DNA of 61,478 nucleotides, counting the filler, from Choristocarpus tenellus KU-1152 (Eukaryota > Protista > Phaeophyceae), in assembly GCA_964200185.2 (NCBI GenBank). It is 13 parts of 13 records of this genome, joined end to end, with 100 filler letters (N's around TTAATTAATTAA, not from the genome) between each part and the next. Parts side by side here need not be neighbours in the genome. Positions count along the whole stretch, not along the records: positions 49,180 to 52,765 come from CAXNAD020019099.1; positions 52,866 to 61,478 come from CAXNAD020004530.1; 11 more parts are not named here. One strand, 5' to 3'. A model generated the notes under the pieces. That model was not told the DNA's origin. It saw nothing but the letters and a program-made list of their open reading frames with translations, and did not search any database. Every line of letters starts with the position of its first letter. Position 1 is the first letter of the stretch. A program made the position numbers and the translations under genes. This document shows, piece after piece, positions 50,927 through 61,478 of this stretch.

Positions 50927-52639
50927 CTCAGTATGGCGTTATTATGCACACCAGGAGGAAGCATCTCTCTGGTTTTGTTCGTGGAGTGGACTGCCTTAAT
51001 TGATACTCTCTCGAGTGGTTGAACCGTTTTGTCAGGCCTTACACCATCCTCAGTCAAAGCCAATGATTTGGCCTTAGGTTGACCCTTCGAAAGGGATGTC
51101 TCTCTCCTTGCATATGAGGCGACTAGAATGGCCTATATAGCTTAAAAAGGGTTTTAAAAGGGTCACGATATCATTGCTTCATTGGAGGGAGAGATATTGA
51201 CTTTTTAGATGTAGGAAGCAGCTGGACGATTTTAGTTGTGGCGTTTTGTTTAGCGATGTGAAGGATGAATCACTTGATTGGTCTGTTTGATTGGTCTGTT
51301 TGAGAGCGTTCTCCAGTCCATTCCTCTACACATCCCTTCTCGAGTTTGAGAGGGCTTCACACAATAAATTTTGCTTGGTTTTGAACAACCACCCTGTGTT
51401 AAGCTCCCGGAGCTTGGATCGTCAGCCTTCAGTATCCACACTATGTTGTGGAACACAGTGAGAAAAGTTCTACCAAAGCACCTGTTAGAAAAAAAGGAGA
51501 GATCTATGATCAAAGTAAGAGGAAAAAGATGTATGTATGTATGTATATATAGGACATCAACTGATTTTGAGAGACCTCAGTGGAGACACCACTCCTTATC
51601 TGGAATTTACCTCCCTCGGTCTCTATGCTGAAGGTGTATAAGGTGTGGACAGTGCCTCTTCGCCTGCTTGTCATAAGTGTTCGCTTGGCTTGACTGTACT
51701 GTGTAGTGTGGACGATTGCAAGCCCCATTATAGAAATAGTAATGGTAGTCTAGGCTTGTCTCACCCCATCAATTCAGTCAGTGGAATCGAGACCATAAGT
51801 CTCTTGTAATATTAACATTGCATATCTACATCAAGCTATTCATTGTCCTTCATCAAAGCACGAATGCTGTTGGTCCAGTGGGGAAGATTTCAACATGGAG
51901 AAATGACACCTGGGGTTCCTAGTGATGAAGAACGTGGATTATTTTTGGAGGGTATGGTTGAAGGGATTTATGTGGGGGAACAATTGAGGTCGGATACTAC
52001 TGCTGAATAAGAGCAACTGGGGTGGTGTTGAAATATGGTACTGCTTGTATGATATTGTAGAAGGAAACATCGAAATAATTATGTTACTCCACTACAATCC
52101 CATTATGAGGAAATATTTGCTCTAAAAAAACCCCTCACTAACATCGACGTATTACAGTAAATCGATCCGAGGTTTCTAACGCTTTGTTAAAAAATCTCCA
52201 ACAGGGGGATGTAAAAAGCAAATACACCTCCCCAGACACCCCACTTCGAGCATTGTTGCGTAGCATCTAATAACATGCAGGTACCTGCCTAAAAGAAAAT
52301 AATAATAATAATACTTGTATCCAAAATAATAAAAGAATTTATATTTCATCGTTTTTTTTCTGCATCCCAAACATTTTGAAACCTTTCTCTCAACCACCTT
52401 GTCATGTGTCACCCACCAACTCCGAATCATACGTGACATGCTATATTGCACATCACATTGGACCATGTACATACACCAGGGAGAACTTCGCCACTTCTTG
52501 TTCTCCTGTGGGGCTACAGGTAAGTCTCTCACTCAACATGAATTCAATCACCACGTCCTGTAAGCGTTGTGCTCAACTACTGCCATTGTCACCAAGACAA
52601 CCCCTACCGTGCCACTAACAGCCGATTTCAAAAATTGGG

Positions 52640-52765
52640 GATGGAGCTTATCATTGAGGATGGGCTTGACCCAAAATTGACTGGGATGTCACATAAAAAA
52701 AAACATATCGACACTTTATCCCAGTCAATTTTGGGTCAAGCCCATCCTCAATGAAAAGCTCCATC
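52640..52765. repeat. Near-perfect 48-bp-arm hairpin at a contig end
   Basis: 52640-52687 is the reverse complement of 52718-52765 with one mismatch; 30-nt loop. Confidence 0.93.
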
Positions 52766-52865
52766 NNNNNNNNNNNNNNNNNNNNNNNNNNNNNNNNNNN
52801 NNNNNNNNNTTAATTAATTAANNNNNNNNNNNNNNNNNNNNNNNNNNNNNNNNNNNNNNNNNNNN

Positions 52866-52933
52866 AAAAAAGTGAAAACCGAAAAAAGGATGAAAACGGA
52901 CGCCGACACCCCCCCCCCAAGACACTTTGACCC
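52866..52933 (+). mobile_element. Right end of MITE family D (other right ends at 25248-25312 and 33965-34061, all at contig starts)
   Basis: AAAC(G/A)GACGC...(C)n or (CA)n...AGA(T/C)AC(T/A)TTGACCC seen three times. Confidence 0.75.
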
Positions 52934-53693
52934 TCAAAAGAGTCTTGGCAGCCCCCTTCCTGCTGTATGTAGTAACCATTACCCTTCTCACCCCCTCATA
53001 CCATATGTACGTGTGACCACCTCATTGAGGAAGGTATTTGCTTGCATACCGTGGTGCCCAAAGCTTTCCACCGTGGAGGTGTTGAGAATATTTAAGTATA
53101 CGAAAGATCCCTCGTAGTGGGGGCGCTTTCGTGCCTCGGCTGGTGCTGCACCAGCAACACAATTGCTTGTGGATGATTTGGTCAGGTGGCGTCCTGGCTG
53201 GAACCTCGTATTGAGCCATTATTGCTACACACTTTCTAATGATCTGACCCCTCTGCGGCCCCTATATAACGATATAAATCTTGTTATGTTGATTAGAAAG
53301 TAGAAGAAAGCCAGCCTGGACTGTTCTAAATGATGTAGAACTCTACCCTAACCCTATAGAGCCCTACACCGATATCCATAATATGCTATATTATGGGTTG
53401 GTTGCAAATAGAGACGACGTGGAAGAGGAGATAGGTGTGATAAGGCAATACTGATGATACTGCCTACTACATAGTCTACTATTTCCATATATACGAGTAG
53501 GATTCCCAAATCCCTAAATCCGTCACCTTGCCTACTTTTTTCCCCCCACTCCGTAATACTATAAATACGTGGTATGATGAGTGGTATGTCGACAATGTCC
53601 ATCTTTTTGATCAATACTACACCTCCAGGAACGTAACGGAAATCTCTTTCAGTGTTATCCCGAGTCCTTGTGGTTGTACCGACCACCTCCATA

Positions 53694-56600
53694 ATGATGG
53701 TGGACGAACGAAATCCAAGGCCTGAGGGCCAGGTATCTGGGATGTCCAGTGAGGACATCGTGACCAGTCTATTGCGAGGGCAGACTGTTCATACAGAAAT
53801 CCAGGAGACTTTGACAAGGTCGCCAGTCCAACCCATCTCTCTGACCTTTGCTCGGTCACGGCACGAGGATACGTGTATGACCTGGATAGAAGGGATGGGG
53901 CCTATGAACTGTTCATAGTGGCTCCATGACGATCGGCATCGTAGTCGGTGTTGTTGTTTGAGCACTTACGTTTTTCCCTTAAAGGTATCCCCAACATAAA
54001 TTACCTCTCGAGAGTGTACATGGCCTCGTCGACGATTCAACTATTTCTACCTCTTGTGCATTTGGTAGGCTCAGTAAGAATCTAGCCTCGGCCACGAATC
54101 CAGCGGTCCTGGAGGCAGTGAAAGGACGACTGAACGACCTCACACAGAGCGAGACGATCCAGAAGAGAGTTGTGACAGAGCTAGGTGAAGAGCGAGAAAA
54201 GGTTTCTCGGCTAGAGGCCACTTTGGTGGAAGAGAGGACTGAACACAGGGCTGAGGTAGGTGATAGCCTCATTGCTTGAGTGAAGAAAAGTTGGAGAGAG
54301 AAGAATTGTGAGTTTCTCCCTGCTTGCTATATTCACGCAACAATTGTTTTAAATGTAGAATGTGAAAAATGAACCAGGTAAGGGTGTAGGTAAGGGTGTC
54401 ATGCATCTCTTCTCCATCAAGGACATAGAAGGCCAACCTCTACAGAGCAACAACCCCCGAATGCATCGGACACTGGAGAGCCACATGCGTTTTTCTCATT
54501 GGAAGATGGGAGGAATGCTTGACCTCGCCAAAGCATAGCTCCCTTGTAGGTCGATCTTATACCCTGGTATACAACGCGTTTCACCTCTGCCCCTGAACCG
54601 TAGGCTGAACAACTCAAGGCCCTTTTCGAGGATGAACATGGCGCACGTCTTGATGGAGAAAAGAAGACAGAGGCCATTTCCTCTGCCGCAGAGGTGGAAC
54701 AGTCCAGGTGGACAGAGTAGACTGATCAAGAGTGAGCGAGGCAATAACTCTGCTCTCTATTGACTCTTTTTGCGTATGTGCTCCTCTTTGTTGTGTAGAG
54801 GGACTTGTCATGCTGGGTGACCTTTCTTCAACTGAAGCTGTTGCAAGTTGCCAGCCCTCCACACAAGGACTTCAAGGGTCGAAGGAAGGGGATGAAGAAG
54901 CTATATAGTGTATTAGTAGAAGTTCTCAAGCATACTTTGATGCATGAGAAATTACTTCCTCGTAACAGGTCTTGTCACATCCACTTTTTGAAGCTATAAG
55001 AAACATTCCACCCAATGCCACTATTATCCCTTACTCCTATAAATTAAAGACGGGTCCTTACAGTCCATTGACTACTCCATTCATTTGTACTTCTAAATTC
55101 ATCACACTACTTTGATGGCGTTCTAGGTTTTTGCAGAAGTTCTTTCTTCAGACTCGCCTGTCCAAACCTATTGCAGGTTAATAGAAAGGATAGGAGCAAT
55201 ATCAAAAGAGTGCGCTCGGTGGAAGAAGGAGGCTGAGAATTCAACATCAAGGTATGTCCAGTGCGGGCATAGGAAAGGGTCTGAGGGCACAGGTATTGGC
55301 GTCATGACGCTATGCTACATTGATGCCTTTCCCCTCAACTTTAGGTCTACTTCTAACCCTAACCCAATCGGGGCAGTGCACACTCTGACAAAATATGAGA
55401 TAAACATTGAAACAAAATACAGAGTAAAAGTATCTAAGAGGGTACTATTTTTGCCCTGTTTGTCCATTTGGGGCTTGACTTCCCATGGGTTCTTTTTGAT
55501 ATTTTCCTACTCCAAAATATTTAGGAGTAGGTAAAGTGTATATCTTATGAAGAGGTGTGTCCGGAACGTGGATATTGACACTTCCTAACAAACACAATAG
55601 CCGAAATTGCGTCAAGATCGCAACATTGGGTATTGGCCCCCAAATGGACGCGGCTCTACCCTCTAAGATTCTTTGACTCACAGTGTTATGTTGCAGTCCG
55701 ATGCTATCATTTTCTCAAGTGAAAGTTAAGGTTCAGGGGTTACTAGATGTGTCCTGAGGTTTCTTGAACAACATATCTAGAAACTGCAAGTTTGATTGTA
55801 ATGAGAGATATTATCTGCATTGGACTGTCTTCCCTCCAGCCATTCCTCCCTGCCTCGTGCCCACCCCAGGGCTGAGTCAATGCAAGCAGAGGTAAGCGCA
55901 CTCCATGAGGCAATGGCAGGGCTGCATGGAGAGATGGGGGCCATGCAAAGGGAGCTGGATGGTGCCAAAGCTGCTCAGGACAAGCTCACAAAAGGTTCGA
56001 AAAGATTGACGAGAGGCTGGAAGGGAGGCCCGATGCTTCATGTAAAAAGAGTAGCGCGAACTAAGCATTTTCTTGGCAGACACAAGAATCGCTCTTCGTG
56101 GAATCTGTCAGAGAGATTTTAAGAAGTATTAAATTTTTCCCCGAGGAAATTTTAAGAGAAAACATGGGAGGTCATGGATTGTACAAAATTATCGAGTTGG
56201 ATTTCATCCCTTGGAGGTAGGATTACAGGGTAGCATTACCTGAGTGGCATAAACGGTTAACAATTTATGAATCCCCAGAAATATTCGAGTGAAAGTATTT
56301 TAGGGTTAGGGTGCGAGTTTTGCCCTGTTTGTCTGTTTGGGACTTGGCTTCCCACGGGTTTTTTATTGCATTTTCATGCTCCGACATGTTTCAAAGTAGG
56401 TAAAATGTGTACGCTATGAAAAGGTGTGTCCTGAGCAAGGATATTGACACTTCCTAACAAACACGCTAGCCGAAATTACTTCAAAATTGCAACATTAGAT
56501 TTTGGACCTCAAACAGACATGGCTCTACCCTCTAAGATACTTTGACTCATCAAGACAAGTATTTACGTACATTGCAGAAACGGCCTCTGCTCAATCATGG

Positions 56601-59600
56601 TGAATATTTTGGTGAGTCTCTCTTCTGTAGCGATAACTTTTTTTTTTACAGCTTTTATAGTGAACAGAAAAAAAGGAAAATAGGGTGGTGCATGGCACAT
56701 GGATATTAAAAGGTTATACAAGGTGAAATAGCCAAAAAGTATGTACCTCTCAGTGGGTAGGACTCTCCAGCAGTACTCCACTTGTTTTTCATACTCCGTT
56801 GTAACAAGAGTTACTGCTATGGGACTTAGCGATGGGTGTGGGATGGCGTAATGGACACAGGGGGAAGGAGCAGTGCAAGGATGTGGACACCAGCCCAACA
56901 GTGAGGACAGAAGTGAGTAAGGGGAACAGATCATGAGACTCCAGCCAGTGAATATATTAAAATGAATGCAATCTTTTGGGCATACATATAGCTACACGTA
57001 TCCAGTAAGAAAGATAAGGGTGGGGGCAGAAGCAAAGATCTGAAGCTCCTGCTGGGGTAGGGTGAAGGGAGATCCCAGATATCCACCATATGAATTTGTG
57101 GCCTACCAGGCATAGAGCAAGTCCACCTGCATGAAAAGGGCTGCCTTTTGCAGAATTGCCTATTCTGATACCCCTTCTTCTTTCAGTATATGTTGGGTAT
57201 ACAGGGCTATTTTGCGAAAAACTTCATACTCCAGCCACTAGCACGTACTCTGACTGCTTAATGCTTGAATACAATAGTTTCTCGCTCACTGCTATAGTGA
57301 TTCAACCCACACATCGCCTCCGAAGCAGTGATGTGAGTCCCTCTCTGATTACTCTCCTTGATGATCCTATGAGCCAAAGTGAAGTGGAGGTAACCAGGGT
57401 ATCATTTTATGGATGCTGACAAACAAGCGTGTGTCGATTTCGGTATATTGCACTATTTTGCATGGGAATAATTCTCAGTTCAGTCGAAATTTTTCGCACA
57501 GTGGAGAAATCAAGGCTCTCAAGTCAATCTTAGCGCTTCATCCATATAAACTAGGGTGATTATACAAGAGGCTAAAGGAGTGACTTGAAGTGAAAAACGA
57601 TCAGAACTCGGGAAACTCTTGTTTATTTTGGCTCTATTGGTAACCGTGATGTACTCTGAATTTGCTTGAAACACCCTCCTTGTTCTTATTGAAACTGTTG
57701 AATCCCAGTTTTTGAGAAAATATGTATGTTTTCACCTAATTACTCTTGTGGAAGGAAAGGGAGTGTGCTCCATCAGTGATAGCAATAGGGCCAAAGCATT
57801 TAAGAGGGTAGGAGTTTTGCCCTGTTTGTCCATTTGGGGCTTGGCTTTCCCATGGGTTTTTAATGCCCTTTTTCGGTTTTCTGTGTGAACACTAACCCTA
57901 ACCCTAAAATGTGTACAACTATGAAAGGTGTGTCCGGAGCAAGGATATTGACAAACACGAAAACCAAAATGAACCTAAAATCACAACATTGGATTTATGG
58001 TCCTGATCGGATGGGGCCCTCCCCTTGTAAATGCCTTGGCTCATAACCTAATCGCCAATCTACTGAAGCCATCAACCCAGTACTCATCAATAAGAACGCT
58101 CCTGTAACAATCCGGACTCAACATCCCAAAGTAGAAATTTCCTGTATCGTATTCATGACCCACCCCCAACATCTGGTTCTCTTGGACAACGTTCAACTTC
58201 AGCGACATTAACTACTACCAATCTTTCATGTAAGATTTAAAGCACATTCTTGATGCCTCCGACCCTGTTCTTGATGCCGACCATGACACCCAGGTACCAC
58301 TTCTAGATCCTGAGTGAAAGTGTCTTAGAGGGTACGATTTCTGCCCTGTTTGTCCATTTGGGGCTTGGCTTCCCATGTTTTTTCATGAGATTTTATCTAC
58401 TCTGAAACATTTCGGAGTGAGTAAATTGTATATATATCAAAAGGTGTGCCCGGAACAAGGATACTGAGAGTCCTAACAAACACGATAGCCAACGTTACAT
58501 CAAAATCGCAACATTTGATTCTGATTCCAAAATGGACGCGGCTCTACCCTCCAAGATACTTTGACTCAAATAGAGTATATTGTACAGGGTAAGAAGGATG
58601 GATTAGAGTGCAAAAGGGTCCAAACCTGCCTACCTCCCAATTGATTTTGGGTTAATTTCGATACACCATGCTGAGTACGCAATGATTTAGTGGAGTGCTC
58701 AATGCAACAAAACCTGTGCTACAGTAAAACGGTTTTCAAGAGAAGGAAAGGAAGTAGTTCACTTCAAGATCCGAAAAAAAAATTGATGTGCTTTTACATG
58801 TACATTGTTTCTCCCACACATAATTCCGGGAAACAGGGCGAATATAATTTACCTGGCACCAACCGCCCCATCCATGTAACAGGGAATGTTTTGAGACGCA
58901 TTCGGTGGCGTGAGACAAGGCATGGAACCGCGCATGAAACCTGGGTTGATGTATGCCAAGGATAGCTGGGTGGTATCACTCAAGACTTACACAGGCAGTA
59001 CAACTCTATGCTTACTCCGTGGACCAAAGTTCATGATATGGAGCAATCGATCCATCTCCCATTTTTTTTGTACCCTACCTACCACCTGGTTGTGCACTTC
59101 TGAAACACTTTATCAAGTGAGATTGTCAAAGTGTGATCGAGAGTTAGGCAGTTTTTTTTTTTCTTCAAAGCCATCTTTCTTACCCTGTTCGATGCACTCT
59201 ACTTCATTGCTTTGCTTGTGCAGCAGTGTCTGCAGAATCGATATTCCCTAACCCTCACCCTTTTTACATACACAAACTGACACTGCGACACAGCAAAGGC
59301 CCCTTTGTGCACTTGTACAAAGAGGGAGGTTTTGACCATTTCACAGGATGCTTAAAGCGCAGTCATGTCTAACCTCTCGATTACTTTGACTCAAAGTATC
59401 TGGGGGGGATGGCGGTTGTCCATTTGGGGTCAATTTTTTCATGTCACAATTTTTGGGTGATTTGGTCACATATGTCGGATGGATAATATAAGTCCACTTT
59501 TCCTGTTTATGACCCAAATGGACACCCTGGTGTAGACCCCCCCCCCCAGATACTTTGGGTCTTTGGCTCAAAATCAGGCGAGACTCCCTGCAACTACTCT

Positions 59601-60866
59601 GATCCACTTTCCCACCCACTCCTAGATCTGTCAAGGGCCGAGTCCAGATGCAGAAAGGCTGAGGAATCAGTGTCAATCAACTCCTCCCGTGCCAAGGAGG
59701 CAGAAAAGGCCATGAGGAGGGTATCGACTGACCGTGATAGGATGTCAACAGAGCTTGCTCAGGTGAGGTGGTTAAACAGAAAAAGCATGGGGGCGGGAGG
59801 GGGGGGTGGTGGGGGATTCTTACCCTCCTTTAGCATGCCTTTTATCCCTGATGAAATCAAGAACCATGTCCAGGACAGGCCAGCGACATTTCAGCTGTAC
59901 ACTTATAATTCTCCTCCCGACTGCTCTTCCACCCTTCAACCCTTTAATGGTTGTCTTAGCAAACATGTTCTGTATCACCGTGCTGGGATACAGGTGGTAG
60001 AGTCAAGAGACCGGGAGGTAACTACACTAGCTGTGGATGTTAAACGACTCCAAGAGGAGGAGGAGAAGCATCGAGCAGTCGTCTTGAAGCTTGATGCCAA
60101 TAACAGGTAAGAAAGGTGAGGTGGGGCAGAGTGAGGTGCAGGAGGGTTGGGAGGGGCAAAGGCGTAGAGTGGTGTGTATCCATGTTAGAGCTTTTTAACA
60201 GTTTGCAAAGAAGGCTGGATGGCTGTGCAGGGCCTGGAGAATGAACAATGAGCTTGTATCAAGGGGAAAGTGCGGTCTGTATACAAGTATGTTGTACTCT
60301 TCCTAGGTATTCCCCTGATTGCTAACATTTTCTCAAAGGAGAGCTGTTCAGACTCCATTTGAAACGGTTACCAACCCATAATCAAGGTCAGGGTCTTCTG
60401 GAGCTAGGAATGAAAGCAGGAGTTGTGTAGGGGCAGGGGGGAACTTCTGCAGAGTAGTTGGTGTTCAAGAGATCGGTCATATTGATGATGTCGTACTACG
60501 ATGGAGTGTATTGCAGGTAGCACTAAGGATGGCACACTTGTATGTGGCTTGAGCTAGCACCCTACACAAGGACACTCTTCACAAGTAAGGACTGCAGCGG
60601 AGATGCATAGGGGGTGTATGTCCCCATCCCACCCACGATCGTGTAACCTTTGAACAGTCCCAGTCTCTGTGATGACACTCTATCAGGGATCTCAATACGC
60701 GCATCCAGCAGCTCTTGGGCGAGCTAGAAGAAGTACGGCAAGAATCAGCTGCAGGAGCAAAGCGAGAGGAAGAGGCAACAGCTTTGGCCACCGAGAGGGG
60801 GCTAGAGGTAGGCCGTCTGGGAGCCTCCCTTGGGGTTGCAGAGGCTGAACTCCTAGAGTCTAAGAG
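53694..60866 (+). CDS. 3'-partial long coiled-coil protein. Exons 53694-53818, 54069-54255, 54604-54707, 55177-55251, 55870-55994, 59626-59762, 59994-60106, 60687-60866
   Basis: All seven GT-AG introns are phase-consistent. The product MMVDERNPRPEG...LGEEREKVSRLEATLVEE...LQEEEEKHR...LLGELEEVRQE is E/R/L/A-rich and heptad-like. No family recognised. Confidence 0.85.
55422..55679 (-). mobile_element. MITE family B, TSD ACA (intronic)
   Basis: ACA|GAGTAAAAGTATCTAAGAGGGTA...CTAAGATTCTTTGACTC|ACA. Confidence 0.92.
56287..56548 (-). mobile_element. MITE family B (intronic), flanks TTC/ATC
   Basis: GAGTGAAAGTATTTTAG...CTAAGATACTTTGACTC. Confidence 0.9.
57371..57634 (-). mobile_element. MITE family E, TSD TAT (intronic)
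   Basis: TAT|GAGCCAAAGTGAAG...GTTTATTTTGGCTC|TAT. Confidence 0.87.
57788..58042 (-). mobile_element. MITE family B variant, TSD ATA (intronic)
   Basis: ATA|GGGCCAAAGCATTTAAGAGGG...TAAATGCCTTGGCTC|ATA. Confidence 0.88.
58312..58567 (-). mobile_element. MITE family B (intronic), TSD not preserved
   Basis: GAGTGAAAGTGTCTTAGAGGGTA...CCAAGATACTTTGACTC. Confidence 0.9.
59123..59569 (+). mobile_element. MITE family C with an A copy inserted in its right TIR
   Basis: Homologous to 2120-2382; the right end CTCTCGATTACTTT[A]GGCTC is split by the A copy. Confidence 0.82.
59388..59561 (-). mobile_element. MITE family A nested in the TIR of a family C copy, TSD TTT
   Basis: TTT|GACTCAAAGTATCTGG...CCAGATACTTTGGGTC|TTT. 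Confidence 0.92.
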
Positions 60867-61337
60867 GTGAGATTGCGGAAGAGAGGGGTAGGGTAGGGGG
60901 AGGGAGCAGTGTGTACATCTATCACTTGGGAGGAGTCCATCAAGAAATTTTGCTGGGTGTCTGAAGTGAGAATTGCTTTATTATCGTGTGTTTGGGTTGC
61001 CCAGAATGGACTTTGGTCAGCGGAGAAGAACAAAGTGAGCTCATTCTCTCTCTGTGCCTCCCTTCTCTTGTGTCTAAACACCCTGCTGGCATTGTGTTTG
61101 GTGATTCCTTGATCATGCTTCAACAATTTTCAATTTGACTGGGTGCTTGATTTGTTGTCATTGCTAGATTCCTCTTTTTTTGTTGTTGCAATGTTCTGTT
61201 GCGTGTTTCAACTACACTTCAATAGAAACGCTGGCTTTGCTTCACTTGTCCAAATCCATCTCCAGACTAGTTTTGATTTCCAGAATTATATATATATATA
61301 TTTTTTTATCATTCTTAAAAGATTCCTCTCTCGGCAT

Positions 61338-61478
61338 GACCCAAAGTATCTGGGGGGGGGAGTCTACACCAGAGTGTCCATTTGGACCAAAACCACGAAA
61401 AGTGCACTTTCATTATCCATCCAACGTATACAGCCAAATCACCCAAAAATCGCGACATGAAAAAATTGACCCCAAATG
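61338..61478 (+). mobile_element. MITE family A, partial (window end)
   Basis: GACCCAAAGTATCTGGGG...AAAAATTGACCCCAAATG. Confidence 0.9.

Noticed and set aside
8265-52865. Apparent gene cluster (PKS, importin, BRCT protein, transposases) and a regularly repeated TTAATTAATTAA motif
   Set aside because: The motif is an artificial linker and the contigs are unlinked, so no operon, cluster or synteny can be inferred.

Overview
This is not one locus. It is 13 short eukaryotic contigs joined by 12 artificial 100-bp linkers (44 N + TTAATTAATTAA + 44 N), so adjacency across linkers carries no biological meaning and the ORF track mostly misses the real spliced genes. Long GT-AG introns, interstitial TTAGGG runs and GGTTATGAGCC-primed copia elements suggest a stramenopile, probably a brown alga (inference only). 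Manual, phase-consistent splicing recovers partial host genes: a CBM48/AMPK-beta-type carbohydrate-binding protein, importin-7/8, a type I PKS/FAS ketosynthase, a 53BP1/Crb2-like tandem-BRCT protein with a BAH-like tail, a long coiled-coil protein, a possible SET/LSMT C-terminus and one unknown. Mobile DNA comprises Ty1/copia elements and solo LTRs, a DD39D mariner pseudogene, an intron-rich Sola-like (DUF7869-type) transposase pseudogene, and about 24 copies of at least five MITE families. The MITE families share G(A/G)(G/C)YCAAAGT termini and make 3-bp, mostly WNW, target-site duplications. The best candidate for an undescribed system is this MITE clan, with the intron-containing Sola-like transposase as a possible but unproven autonomous partner. 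No CRISPR array, rRNA or tRNA was seen.
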